64,000 nucleotides of DNA from contig NC_043012.1 of the NCBI RefSeq assembly GCF_006345805.1, positions 20,274,001 to 20,338,000 on the forward strand, in the 5' to 3' direction. A program made the translations under genes and the position numbers. Below are positions 43,559-57,420 of the stretch, in pieces. The stretch comes from Octopus sinensis (lineage: Eukaryota). The notes beneath the pieces are model-generated. The model had not been told where the DNA came from, did not search any database, and was given only the letters and a program-made list of their open reading frames with translations. Position 1 is the first letter of the stretch, and the number at the start of each line of letters is the position of its first letter.

Positions 43559-44312
43559 TTCCTCAAATTAAGTTATTGGTACAAATTGCATGCAATTATT
43601 TCATTGGGTTTCTTAATCCTTGTGAAGATCATTTACTCATCCCTGAGGTATCTGTGCTGTTTGCCTTCAAATGAATTCCTACCTTTAATACGTTTGGTTT
43701 TTAATACGACTGAAAGTCCATGCGCTTTTCACACTGAACAAATCTGATAAGGGGCCGATTTAGTTGTCAACCACTCAACAATTAGAAGGTAATACAATTT
43801 GCCGCTTTACCAGAATAAGGTTCCTATCAGATTGTGATGGGAAAAAAACCGATAGGGACGGTGTTCAACCAATTTAAAGCTAAACTAGTGGAGCCTTGAA
43901 TTGGTTTCAATACGGAGTGAAATCAACCCAAATATTCTATCGACGTAGACGACTTTTTAAAATGCTTTATATCTTGATATGAGGTGATTCAAATGAAATG
44001 CTTTACGTTTTTGTTCACTATCAATATTCTTAATAATAAGATGAGTTATTTTGCGAAGATTTTAACAGTGTTTCGTATAGTGACTCCACATGGTGCTGAT
44101 ACTTGAAAGTTTTTCCATTCCATATCATTAATGCATTCCCAAGCTAAGAAGCGAAATGGAAAATACTTATCACTTGGTTTACAACGGAATTATGATTTAA
44201 TTTAAAAAGCTGAAATACTTTACATCTTTGCTAATACGCCATATCGCGGTTCAGCTATTGCACACACACACACACACGCGCGCATATATGTGTGCGTGTT
44301 TGTGTATGTGTG

Positions 44313-44349
<37 letters not shown>

Positions 44350-46007
44350 TTTCGTTTGGTTAATAATCTACATAAGTTACAGAATACTACGAGGACCGAG
44401 AGACAGCCCTTGTGTCACTCCTTGTCTTCTACCGCTTCTTAAAAAAAAAGGAAAACAATTAAACCCTCGAGTTCTAAGTTTAATTTTCCTGTTTGAATCG
44501 TAAAACATGTGTGCATTCACGTGAGTATGATAAAGAGGAACATGCAATATCACCTTCGGGAATCGAACCTCATATCCGCTATTAATTGTATTGCCGTGAA
44601 TGTTTCTCTTCGCATTCAGTTATATGTGTTTAGTGTAGCTTGACAGCACGTACTTGTCTACGCGTATGAATTATTAGATTTTATTTCATCATTATATAAA
44701 CATGCTGAAATCATAGTCCATTTTTCATTATTAAATGGGAACCTTCGAAATACATCTATACATTCTCTGTTTTATTAAAGTATTTTTAATTTAAATTTAT
44801 TAACATATATAATTTTACACATTATTTATTTATGAATTCATATATAATTTAGTGAAGGAATTTTTATTTATTCATTATTTCATTTATGTAATTAGTATAA
44901 TTGAATATTTTATTTATTCATTTAATGTTATCAATATTAATATCTATTTCATTAGGTACACGTATATAAACATTCAATACCGCGTATTTGCACACGATAT
45001 TAATAACAGAATATATTGCCGATTACAAAAAATAATGATTATATATATACTTAATTTGTTTTATATTATTATATAGTCATAGTATTATATAGTTTGTATT
45101 TAAGTACATGGTAAAGATAATGTGCATCACCAAAATATTACACATTACTCTAACACTTTTAGATAACTTGGGAAATTTATCTTTATATCACAACCAAAGA
45201 AACTGATATATGTAACAACAAATATCGAAGTTTGCAGTGGACTTTCAAAATATCTGGCTAGAGCGGTTTAGATACGTTTACTATATAAATCTAGTCGGCT
45301 TTTTCCTTTAATCATGTATTCATATCTATCGACGCAAATAACCAAGGATTGACGGCCTTGTACCAAATATTTATATAGATTGAAAGCATATTTTTGTACA
45401 TGCATCATTAACCTGTTTCACATACACACACGTAGAGGCATATATGTATGCCATACATATATGCTTCCGTGTGTATGTGTGTGTGCAGGATAGTCTGTTT
45501 ATCGACGCCAGCGTGGTTAAATAGCTAAGAATTTCACATTAACATGAAGCGTGGGTGACACAAGGCTTGCGAATGACATGAAACAGACAGACACAGTTCG
45601 GAAATATTTCCGATTACCTTTCTTACACAGAACCACGCAGGTTCGCTTCGAGAATTACGATAAGAGTTCGCACAATCAGGAAATACTTTTATCTCTTTAT
45701 TCTTTAACTTGTTTCAGTCATTTGACTGCGGTCACACTAATCTAATGACGTGAACACCAATGGCTGATATCAACGAAGATCCTTATTCACGGATCCGTAC
45801 TAACTGACACTTTCCTCCTTTCCGTGATATAAGTAGTCTTTCATAGAGAGCAGGCTCTACACATAACGTTCAGTATATTGGATGGGAGCTCAATTTTGCA
45901 ATGTTTCACTACCAAAAATACACATTTGAATCTAGAAAATTTCATTTCAAGGGCTTTGGAGAATTTCTTTTATGAGATATGTACTGGGTAGTATTTGTCC
46001 CTTAGAA

Positions 46008-46210
46008 AGCTAGGGAGATTGTAGAATCGTTAGCACGCCGAACAAAATACATAGCGGCATTTCGTCCTTCTTTTTACACTCTGCCGAGGTCGATTTTGCC
46101 TTTCATTCTTTCACGGTTGATGAAATAAGAATCGGTTGAGCACTGGGGTTGGTGCAATCGACTTAGCTACTTCTCGAATTTCGAGGCCTTGTACCAAAAC
46201 TTCAAACCAT
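46008..46210 (+). mobile_element. SINE family A, degenerate
   Basis: gaatcgttagcacgccg...gccgaggtcgattttgcctttcattc...gcactgggg. Confidence 0.7.
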
Positions 46211-46492
46211 TATAAGCCCTATATAGCACTTTCAAACCGAATGCCAATCATTAGGCTATGGTGATTCTTTTCTAAAATTGCGATGGTTTCTAGCCCCCAA
46301 ACTCAGCTAACGTTCTCTCAAATATTACTTTAATCAACGCCATTGATTGTTCACCGATGCTCCCAGACATCACTGAGGGAACGAGATATAAAAATCGTAA
46401 ATCTTGTACGAGTAGCCTGCGTGTGTATGTGTGTGCGTGTGTGCGTGTGTGTGTGTGTGTGTTTGTGCTTGTGTGTATGAAATAAAACAATT

Positions 46493-46710
46493 ACGTGACC
46501 ACATGACGGATCAGGCTATCGGATTTTGATTCGCATCGATGGTCACAATACGCTTTTGCATTGGTTTAACCTTCAAATGTCGCTATCCTGCTAGTCAGTT
46601 GAAAAGGCCAATATTCCCCGCTGACTGAAAGGGCGACAAAACAAAAGTTTTGCTCAAGAACACAGCGTGCAACCGACTCAATTAATCGAACCCACTGAAT
46701 CACGAGCCTT
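46493..46710 (-). mobile_element. SINE with a family-B-like head and the tail seen at 2782-2900
   Basis: caggctatcgga...catcgatggtcacaatacgc matches 2806-2860; ttgctcaagaacac matches 2461-2474. Confidence 0.55.
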
Positions 46711-46773
46711 CTCATATATGTAATGGGTGTGTGTGTGTGTGTGTGTGTATGTATGCAGGTATGTATATGTATG

Positions 46774-46824
<51 letters not shown>

Positions 46825-46839
46825 TGACATATAAGTATA

Positions 46840-46904
<65 letters not shown>

Positions 46905-46909
46905 TTATA

Positions 46910-47112
46910 TAAAGGTGGTGCTCCAGCATGACCGCAGCAAAATTGCTGGGGTACCGCCTTTAGTCGACCAAATCGACCCCAGGATTTTGTGTTTGTAAGC
47001 GTAGTACTTATTCTTTCAGTGTCTTTTGCCGAACCGCTAGCTTACGGGGACGTAAACACACCACCATTGGTTGTCAAGCGATGTTGGCGCGACAAACACA
47101 GACACACAAACA
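46910..47112 (-). mobile_element. SINE family D tail half
   Basis: Matches 35740-35905. Confidence 0.8.
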
Positions 47113-47119
47113 TATACAC

Positions 47120-47185
<66 letters not shown>

Positions 47186-47355
47186 GAATGGTTGTATACT
47201 GTCAATCTGACACGAACGTGACAGTAGGGGTGTACACCACCGCTGTTTAGCCCTAGGAAGCATCGACGCCTCCTGATGGCTTTGACACATTTTTCCCTGT
47301 GTCCCTATATACATTTACGAAGGTGAGACAAACACCCCCGGCCGCCGGAGCTGCA

Positions 47356-47400
47356 TCTAGGGACACGTGTTTCAGGATCATTGTCCTTCATCGGCCTAGA
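47356..47400 (-). ncRNA. Type I minimal hammerhead ribozyme (U4C core variant)
   Basis: tctagg CCGATGA agga-caatga-tcct GAAA c-acgt-g TC cctaga: 6-bp helix I, 4-bp helix II, palindromic helix III, GUC site. Confidence 0.8.
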
Positions 47401-47574
47401 GTAGCAGACACCAGTCAGCTGGCGATATTTGTCTCGACTTCGTACATGTCTCTACGAGAGATTTAGAAATTTAGTATTTCTTATTTTGATAATCAGTGAA
47501 TAGACTTCACTGAATTATAGATATATACAATACGAAGTCGAGACAAATATCGCCAGCTGACCGGTGTCTGCTAC

Positions 47575-47619
47575 TCTAGGCCGATGAAGGACAATGATTC
47601 TCAAACACGTGTCCCTAGA
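47575..47619 (+). ncRNA. Hammerhead copy in tandem unit 1 (GAAA changed to CAAA, probably inactive)
   Basis: tctagg ccgatga agga caatga ttct caaa cacgtg tc cctaga. Confidence 0.65.
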
Positions 47620-47939
47620 TGCAGCTCCGGCGGCCGGGGGTGTTTGTCTCCCCTTCGTAAATGTATATAAGGACACAGGGAAAAATGTGTCAAAGTTATC
47701 AGGAGGCGTCGATGCTTCCTAGGGCTATACATCGGTGGTGTACCCCCCTACTGTCACGTTCGTGTTAGATTGACGACAGTATACAACCATTCTATCGCCC
47801 CACCACCGTACATATCTCTACGAGAGATTTAGAAATTTAGTATTCTTATTTTGATAATCAGTGAATAGACTTCACTGAATTATAGATATGTACAATACGA
47901 AGTCGAGACAAATATCGCCAGCTGACCGGTGTCTGCTAC

Positions 47940-47984
47940 TCTAGGCCGATGAAGGACAATGATTCTCAAACACGTGTCCCTAGA
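47940..47984 (+). ncRNA. Hammerhead copy in tandem unit 2 (same GAAA to CAAA change)
   Basis: Identical to 47575-47619. Confidence 0.65.
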
Positions 47985-48211
47985 TGCAGCTCCGGCGGCC
48001 GGGGGTGTTTGTCTCCCCTTCGTAAATGTATATAAGGACACAGGGAAAAATGTGTCAAAGCCATCAGGAGGCGTCGATGCTTCCTAGGGCTATACATCGG
48101 TGGTGTACCCCCCCTACTGTCACGTTCGTGTTAGATTGACGACAGTATACAACCATTCTATCGCCCCACCACCGTACATATCTCTACGAGAGATTTAGAA
48201 ATTTAGTATTT

Positions 48212-48246
<35 letters not shown>

Positions 48247-48257
48247 GTACATATATA

Positions 48258-48412
48258 CGACAGGCGTCTTATAGTTTCCGTATACCAAATCCACTCACAA
48301 GGCTTTGGTTGGCCTGAGGCTATAGTAGAAGACACTTGTCCAAGTCGCCACGCAGTGTGACTGAGCCAGGAACCAAGTGGTTCGTAAGCAAGCTACTTAC
48401 TACACAGCCACA
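48258..48412 (-). mobile_element. SINE family D head half
   Basis: agtttccgtataccaaatccactcacaaggctttgg...gaagacacttgtccaag...tacacagcca; tRNA-like head on the minus strand. Confidence 0.8.
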
Positions 48413-48985
48413 GACCCACATATAATTATATATAAACTTACAGATAGAAAGATAGACAGAGAGAGAGAAGGGTAGAGAGTTAGGTTTATGGTTTCCCATT
48501 TACAGTATATAATCCTACTATAGCGCTGCCAAAACAGTACGTTAGCAGACAATACACTACTGCGCAAAATGAGAAACAATGTATATTTTGGCCAAAAGGC
48601 AAATATATTTTTCTACAGGGGAATTATTCAACTACTTATATAATTCATATGATATTAACCAGATATCCGGATAGCTTTAGGAATTAGTGAAGCAGTATAG
48701 TGTGTAACATACGACAAAAAACTATTCACACCATTATAATGATTACTATTACGTCGGTATAAAGGGAAACCTTAGGTCGTTGCGATATTGTATTTTAGCT
48801 ATGCTTGCTTTTAATTCACTCAATTTATCTTTATATATCAGGATTTAAAATGAATGCGAGTAAACATCGAGTACTGCGATCGTAGGTACACTTACACTGA
48901 ATAAGCGACGCAAGAAGGTCATGTTCAGATTAATTATTAATATAAATCTATCTGCAGTTACAATAATGGTAATGATGTTGATGAT

Positions 48986-49437
<452 letters not shown>

Positions 49438-49654
49438 TGATTATAAATGCCCTGATGCATTACCAGGCAGTGACTCACATGGCTTGGTATAAAAGATGGG
49501 CTTCAGCAAATATTCTGCTCAATACCACAGATTTGCTTGTCAGTTGTTTGACCTTAACCAGTTGTGCATGTCCCTTCGTGGTTGACGATATGTGCATCTC
49601 TGATCACCAGCAAAAGTAGTGGAGGAACATCATAGCCATGTGTTGAAAGTAATT

Positions 49655-52600
49655 GTCGTTCTCCGTGCATCTCGGACATGCTTAGTTGATGGCATTTCCG
49701 GTCGTGTAAAGTTTATCTCTTTCAGACAAAGCTCCTCAGTAGCACTATCAGACCACAGATTTTTTGAAATTGTCCATTGGTCTCGGGCCGAAATTTCTCC
49801 AGAAAAGAGCGGATCTTCTACACCCGAGGTCATCCCAAGAACCTCGTCGCACATTCCCTCCACTAATCCTCTATTAAAAGCTGAAGTGGATGGTCCACCT
49901 GTCGCAGTGTCCGACTGGCTAAGGGCTGTGAGTGCATGAAGAGATTCCACTTTCCAAATGTTCTTTTTTCTGTTTTAGCCAGGACTGCTGCTCCGTTAAA
50001 GAAAATAGCTGGGAGGCGAAAATAGCGAACGGCGACGAAACCTGTTCACTGTCAAGGAAGCTCTGATGATGTCGTAGCCTCAGTGCATGTCAGCGCATCA
50101 TTAACCACAGCATGCCCAGGCCACCACGCAGCGTGTTCTCACAGCAGATAAACCGAATGAAGATCGAGACGCGTCCCTTCCACAAGAAACGAAAGAATAT
50201 ACGCTCCAGCGTAATCAGACGGTGGCCGAGACCAGGCACACGGTCAAGCGGCGAGCTGGCAGAAACGTTAGCACGCCGGGTGAAATGCGTAGCCGTATTT
50301 CGTCTGCCGTTACGGTCTCAGTTCAAATTCCGCCGAGGTTGACTTTGCCTTTAATTCTTTCGGGGTCGATAAATTAAGCACCAGCTACGCACTGGGGTCG
50401 ATATAATCGACTTAATACCTATGTCTGTCCTTGTTTGTCTCCTCTATGTTTAGCCCCTTGTGGGTAATAAAGAAATAGGTAGTTGATGACGGACGTGATA
50501 TACGGGTTAGCCACCTCTGCCCGACCTGTCAGGGATAGCTTCCTCTCAGCCCATTTGTGGGTTAGAGTAGTCATCCTACTCGTTTCTTCCTCCCAGTTTT
50601 TGTCTAATTAGAGGTCCGGACCAAACCAAACCCCAAGAAATGTAACCAGTCCGTCTGTCCAGCATCCAACGAAAGCGGTTTGACCAGGTCCACACAGCCA
50701 GATCAGGGAAATCCTGTTGATACCTGTCAGACAGTTGGAATTGTCTGGGCATATTTGTGAGGCTTTTTCATCCTCCTCTCCTATCTACTAAACCAACACA
50801 ATGTTAACTTACAGCTAAAACTCCATTCAAATCCCTCACTAAAAAAATGGAACGGGACTTGCCCAGAAAGGCTTCTAGTCGTCTGAAGGAATCTAGTCGT
50901 CTTGTCCCGGTCGGCTCATAGACGGCAACTAGCCTGAAAGTATGTCCTTCGCTGCCGGTCATGTCCAGCATCTCCGACTTTCCTTCTGGATTCAAAAAGA
51001 TCATACGTATTGCAACGTCCAGATTTTTCCGAACCATCACAGCGACTCCGCCTCCCGCACACGGATGATTTAGAAATGTGTACACCTTATAGTCAGCGAA
51101 AATGTTGTTGGAAGTCTCGTGAATCGGAAATTCCAGTTTCAATAATGGCCACCACATTGACATTCAGTGCCTTGAGTTCGTTGAGCAGGTGGCCCCGCTT
51201 CCAAGGCAACCCCAGGCCACGTACATCCATGCTGGCCATTCTGTATACGACCGAGTTGTCAGGAAACGAAATGAAAATAAAAGGAAAACTTACTTTTTTT
51301 TTTGTTGGTATTTTTTTTAAGAGGCAGTTTGTCCAGCCCTCATGTTGGACCAGGGTGTTTCCAGCAGCAAATCACCAAGAATTCTCTTGGCGATATTCCC
51401 TCAAAAATCTCCGATTTCCTCTGAGAATTACATTTTTAAGTGTGTGTATGTGTTTCGTGTTGTTTGATCGATTTATATTTGTGCAAGTTGGGAGTTTGTG
51501 GGGGTGACAAAAGCTTCTGCTGTTATGTTTACATCTGTTATTATGTACTTCATCAGTTCGTGTTTCTTTTTTGCGCTTATTGCCATGTAGTTTGAAACGC
51601 TGGTCTTGTGGTTGTGTGTGGAGGATGGATTGTGTTTGAGATGTTTTTGGTTGAGCTAATGTTTCAGGTGTTTGTGGTAGTGGGGGTGAAACAGTGTCTG
51701 TTTTGCGTGTATTCATCTGTGTTGCTTTTCCTCCTCTTCATTGCTTGTTTGGATGAGGATTGTTGCTCTTTGTCCATAGATTTGTTTTTCTCTTTGTCTT
51801 TTTTTCTTTTTGTTGTGTTCCTATATTCCACTCCTCATCGCGGTCAGACTCTCCACATGTGATGTCCGTTCGCTCGACACCAGGTTGTGCAACATTTTCA
51901 GGCGTTGAGAATATTTGAGGGCGCTGGGTATCAGTATAGTTAGTACTGGTGCTGCCATGACTGAGTCTTCGGACTGTGGTGGTTCTGATGCTGGGGACTG
52001 TTGTTGGTGTGGGGCGAAGAGGTGCCCAGTTCCCATTTTTCTTTCAATCTACGACTGAAGGCTTTCTGATGAGTTTTAGAAGGGCAGATGTGGCACTTTG
52101 CTTTCCTTCCATCTGCTCTGCTCAGGATAATGCTGTTTCCAGGAAGATGGATCTGCTCTGGGATGAGATCGACATTCTTTAGGGTTGTTTGAAGGAGAAC
52201 TTCTATTGTCATCCCGGACAAGTTCTCCTTTTTTGGTTTGATTACCTTCGAGAAGTTTCAAGTTTCCTTCGATGCAGCAACTAACCAAGGAATGGCATCT
52301 GTTCTATTATCCTTTTGGCCTGTCACTGGCCACAATAGAAAGGAACTAGCAACAGCTCCTCGATTTTGGCTGTTTCAGAGAGTGAGATATAGCTTTCTCT
52401 TCTGTGCGGAATATCACCCCTACCATCCCATATCCCCTTCCTCTCCCGGTATATTCTTTCAGTTTCCAGAAGGAACCTAAGCTTTTTGCATTTGAACCCC
52501 TGTGATACTTCCTAGTTTCGTTGAATATAATCCCACTGTACGCTACATCACTGTGCGGCGTATCGTATTTTGGAATAGTTTCCATGGACGTATTTAGCTT

Positions 52601-53520
52601 GACAGTTAGCTCGTCTCTTTATACTAATTGTCTGCCATTCTTTACTTCCTTTTCAGAGAATTTTACTATCTGAAGAAAAGACTCGGTGGCACCAGCAAAG
52701 GAAACTTTAGTGTTATTCCAAACCGTTGCAGCGGTTTGTTGCTCAGTTTCCTCGTCGTTGTTATCGTTGTTTTTGTTGTTATTGCATCTGCTGCCGCCGT
52801 AATTTTTGTTGTCCTCTCTGCTATTGTTTCTGTTGTAGTTGGCTTTGCTGCTGCTGCAGTTGTTGGTGGTTGTAGTGTTGATAGTGGCGTCTAAGTTCCA
52901 AGCTGGTTTCATTAACGTCACTTTGCTTGTATCGTTCAGCATGTCCTTATTTGTCTTTCATTTCTAAATACAGTTTGCTGTTGTAGTGGCTGTGAAGTTA
53001 GATGGGGATGGAGTTACTTTTGATGCTGTCATTCTCACTATATTCGCCGCTTAACTTCGTGCTGCTACTATTAGTGATGGTTGTGACAGTGGTGTCCATG
53101 TTGCCGCTGCTGATTTCCAGTTCACATGTTTGTCGTTGTTGTTGTTGTTGCTGCTGCTGATGATGATGATGATGCTGATGCCGCCGCCGCCGCTGTCACC
53201 CTTAGTCACTTCAGCTACAAAGCGAAAAGAGCGACCGAAGGGGAGGAACGTCTTCGTCTGCCGGAGGGTTGGTGGGAGATACGGCTCCCAAACCCTTCAC
53301 TGATGCGGTGATGGCAGATGGTGACGACATCCTGAATGTACATTTGCTTTCTGCATTTTCAAAATAGGTGAGCGATTTTTGAAGGCAAAAATCAAACAGT
53401 ACCCCAGGCAAGTGATTCGTGATGTTCCGAACAACGACTTAGAATAATAACTTAGAACACAAAACAATACCCCATAGGTGTAAGCAATAATTATAACCAA
53501 GACTCACGCAGCGTCTTTGA
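49655..53520 (-). mobile_element. L1/Tx1-type LINE, decayed, with most of the RT deleted
   Basis: ORF1 remnants with the knuckle CHICPSKTH; APE endonuclease MASMDVRGL..VVAIIET..GGVAVMV..RLVAVYEP..RDLN..LSDRY..VWTW; jumps to FLGVWFG..NW..LSLTGR..FRFLWKG..GGLG. Confidence 0.82.
50248..50478 (+). mobile_element. SINE family A, full monomer, inserted in the LINE ORF2
   Basis: gcggcgagctggcagaaacgttagcacgccggg...cagttcaaattcc...gggtaataaagaaat; the LINE coding sequence resumes on both sides. Confidence 0.9.
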
Positions 53521-53573
53521 AAATGTGCTTAAACCACCGCAGCAAATATAATAACAACAATAATAATAATAAT

Positions 53574-53623
<50 letters not shown>

Positions 53624-53624
<1 letters not shown>

Positions 53625-53974
53625 GGCAGATGACAACGTGTCCCTAAAAGAAATGGAGAAACTCTCAAAATACGAAGACCTGGAAATAGAGGTAACTAGA
53701 ATGTGGAATCTGAAAACAGAAACAATTCCTATCATAGTAGGTGCATTAGGCATCATAAAAACATATTCAGACAAATACATAACAAAAACACCAGGACTTA
53801 CAAACACATATAACATACAGAAAATTGCACTACTAGGCACTGCACACATCCTACGCAGAACACTTTCCATACAATAACCATCAGAGCATCACAACAAATC
53901 ACAGCACATACCCAAGGCACACAGAGCTGCGCTCGGTAGTGATGTGAAAGCACGCTATAAAAATAAAACTACTG
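53624..53974 (+). mobile_element. Second R4/Dong-like 3' end in (TAA)n
   Basis: ADDNVSLKEMEKLSKYEDLEIEVTRMW...LLGTAHILRRTLSIQ*, the C-terminus of a restriction-like endonuclease. Confidence 0.88.
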
Positions 53975-53993
53975 AATGATAATAATAATAATA

Positions 53994-54047
<54 letters not shown>

Positions 54048-54234
54048 TAATAATAATAATGACGATGATGATGATAACAACAACAACAACAAAAACCACA
54101 GCAATGCTTCTTCATTCATTGGCTATCAGGGCCGAACACAAAGTATGGAGAACGATACACAGACGAGGGACAGTGGGGTTAAACGTGTAAACAGCCAACA
54201 AGCACAACGATTAACAAAGAGATTAAATCAATAA

Positions 54235-54370
54235 TAAGCTTCACCAATAGCAGCCTTATAGGGCACACAGCACATCTTAAGTAAAGCATTATCTGTCTGA
54301 GGTCCTTGTTGTGACTTGACAGATGACTAAAGACTCCGGTGCATTTTTACCTGCCCTGTGTTACGAAGGA
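54235..54370 (+). mobile_element. Third, divergent R4/Dong-like 3' end
   Basis: IAAL*GTQHILSKALSV* then a short UTR ending in (TAA)n. Confidence 0.5.
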
Positions 54371-54420
54371 ATAATAATAATAATGATGATGATGATGATG
54401 ATAATAATAATAATAATAAT

Positions 54421-54812
54421 GGGTGGATGGAAGCACTCCGTCGGTTACGACGACGAGGGTTCCGGTTGATCCGATCAACGGAACAGCCTGCTCGTGAAAT
54501 TAACTTGCAAGTGGCTGAGCACTCCACAGACACGTGTACCCTTAACGTAGTTCTCGGGGATATTCAGCGTGACGTAAGAGTGTAAAAAGGCTGGCCCTTT
54601 GAAATACAGGTACAACAGAAACAGGAAGTAAGAGTGAGAGAAAGTTGTGGTGAAAGAGTACAGCAGAGATCACCACCATCCCTGCCGGAGCCTCGTGGAG
54701 CTTCAGGTGCTTTCGCTCAATAAACACTCACAACGCCCGGTCTGGGAATCGAAACCGCGATCCTACGACCGCGAGTCAGCTGCCCTAACCACTGGGCCAT
54801 TGCGCCTCCACA
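54421..54812 (-). mobile_element. SINE family C, full length (tail type 2)
   Basis: Minus strand: ggaggcgcaaTGGCCCAGTGGttagggcag...GGTTTCGATTCCc (A and B boxes); flanked by (TAA)n. Confidence 0.85.
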
Positions 54813-54829
54813 ATAATAATAATAATAAT

Positions 54830-54903
<74 letters not shown>

Positions 54904-55897
54904 TGACAAAGGCGGTGAAAAGGGATAGACGTTAGCACGCCTTACAACGGCAATCTTCTAGAAGGTAACTAAATCTCATATTACATAGAAAACAATAGGC
55001 TTAATTGTCATTTAATCAAGTTAAAATGCTATACAAATTGATCGGATGTTCCCTGCTCTTTCCTAAAATTGAACAATTGTGTACAAATGATGCTTTCAAT
55101 AAAATATTACCTTTATTTGCATATGAAATACATATTTCAAAATTATCGGTGATGGCTGCTGTTTTAGTTGAGTGTAAGTCTTTTGTTTAGGAAAATGTTA
55201 TTTACGATCAGATTACGCGTTGAAATTGAAATTATTAATCAACCAGTCGAACTACACAATTTTAGATATTTCCGTACATATTTTCGATGCGAGGAAATGA
55301 TATGTGTGTGTCAACAGCATCGGTCTAATATGTTTATAAACATAGATATAGATATAAATGTGTGTGCATGTATATGCATGGTTGCCTGTCTATTTGTGTT
55401 GTTTATGTGTGTATGTGTGTGCATGTTTCTGTGTGTGTATATGTTTCTATGTATTCACTTACTTAAGCACTGCTGTATATCTTTTTGTCGAGTTTCTTCT
55501 TATTTAAATACCAGTTTCTCTTCCACTGTCTATCTATCTATCTATCTTTCAACCATATATTGTTGTATTTCGTGACGGTCATTGTTTTCCTTTTGCCAAA
55601 TAAACACACGCACTGTTTTTCCTTCACTCGTTTATTACTGTTCATATTTTATTATCTTTACTCGTGTCCATTGTCCGCAAATCTTTCGTCACACATATGC
55701 AACCTCTTCAGCAACACTTTCCGTTTTCGACTGTGTCCTTGCTCCACCTACTCGTGTGCTTATTGAAAAAAGAAATAAAATAAAATAAAATGACCATCCC
55801 GAAGTACAACAATATCTGTTTCAACACACGATCTCACATCAGGAATCTTGCAAAACGAATTGATAAACGTATACATACATACATACATACATACACG

Positions 55898-56712
<815 letters not shown>

Positions 56713-57239
56713 ACTTTGTTACAGAGCTTTAACTGTCCACTACACCCTATGTTTTTAGTCTTTGTCCTCAACGACCCATACGAAAATGATGTGCAACAGA
56801 AAACAATATGATTGATATAAGCTTTATCGTTAAGTTCAATAAGATTTGATCCAATAAACCAAAAGAATAACTCGAAGGCTCAACTGATTGGCGATGCAGT
56901 GACCTTGTGGCTATTTTTAATAACTTCTAGCATGGCTAATAATCCTAAAATTTGGCGGGAGACATACATCGATTTAACTGACATTAGTAGTTTATTTTAT
57001 CGAGTTTCGAGCAATAAGGACGCAGTAGAAATCGTTGGCATCTTCAATCTCTACCTAAACGAATAGAAGACATTTGATAGACTATTTTGTCCAACGTTCT
57101 ATAACTTTTTTCCCAATCCACAATTCTGAGAAGCAAAAGTATGATAAAAAATATTCAGTAAGGGGTTTGGGAAGGCCAGCTTATATTATTTCCTAATAAG
57201 CTAACTCTCGTCATTAATAAGCATATAATACCCTTAATA

Positions 57240-57420
57240 CTGTAGGCACAAGACCTAACATTTGGGGAGGGGTTCCAGTTGATTAGTTCGACGCCAGTAT
57301 GCAACTGGTACTTAATTTATCGACCCCAAATGATGAAAGGCAAATTCGACGTCGGAAGAATTTGAACTCAGGACGAAATACTGCTAAGCATTTCGCTCGG
57401 CATGCTAACGATTCTGCCAT
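57240..57420 (-). mobile_element. SINE family A (alternative tail)
   Basis: actggtacttaatttatcgacccc...gaatttgaactcagg...gctaacgattctgcca. Confidence 0.75.

Larger units (their letters stand above)
47185..48214 (+). mobile_element. Non-coding hammerhead-bearing retroelement (PLE pseudo-LTR / retrozyme-like): inverted arm 47185-47444 plus ~2.1 tandem 366-bp units
   Basis: Units begin at 47441, 47807 and 48173 (cgtacat.tctctacgagag); 47185-47444 is the reverse complement of 47531-47793; (TA)n on both flanks. Confidence 0.9.

Noticed and set aside
45419-45482. Hairpin gcatatatgtatg-c-catacatatatgc with CA/TG flanks
   Set aside because: Low-complexity self-complementarity is expected in this microsatellite background
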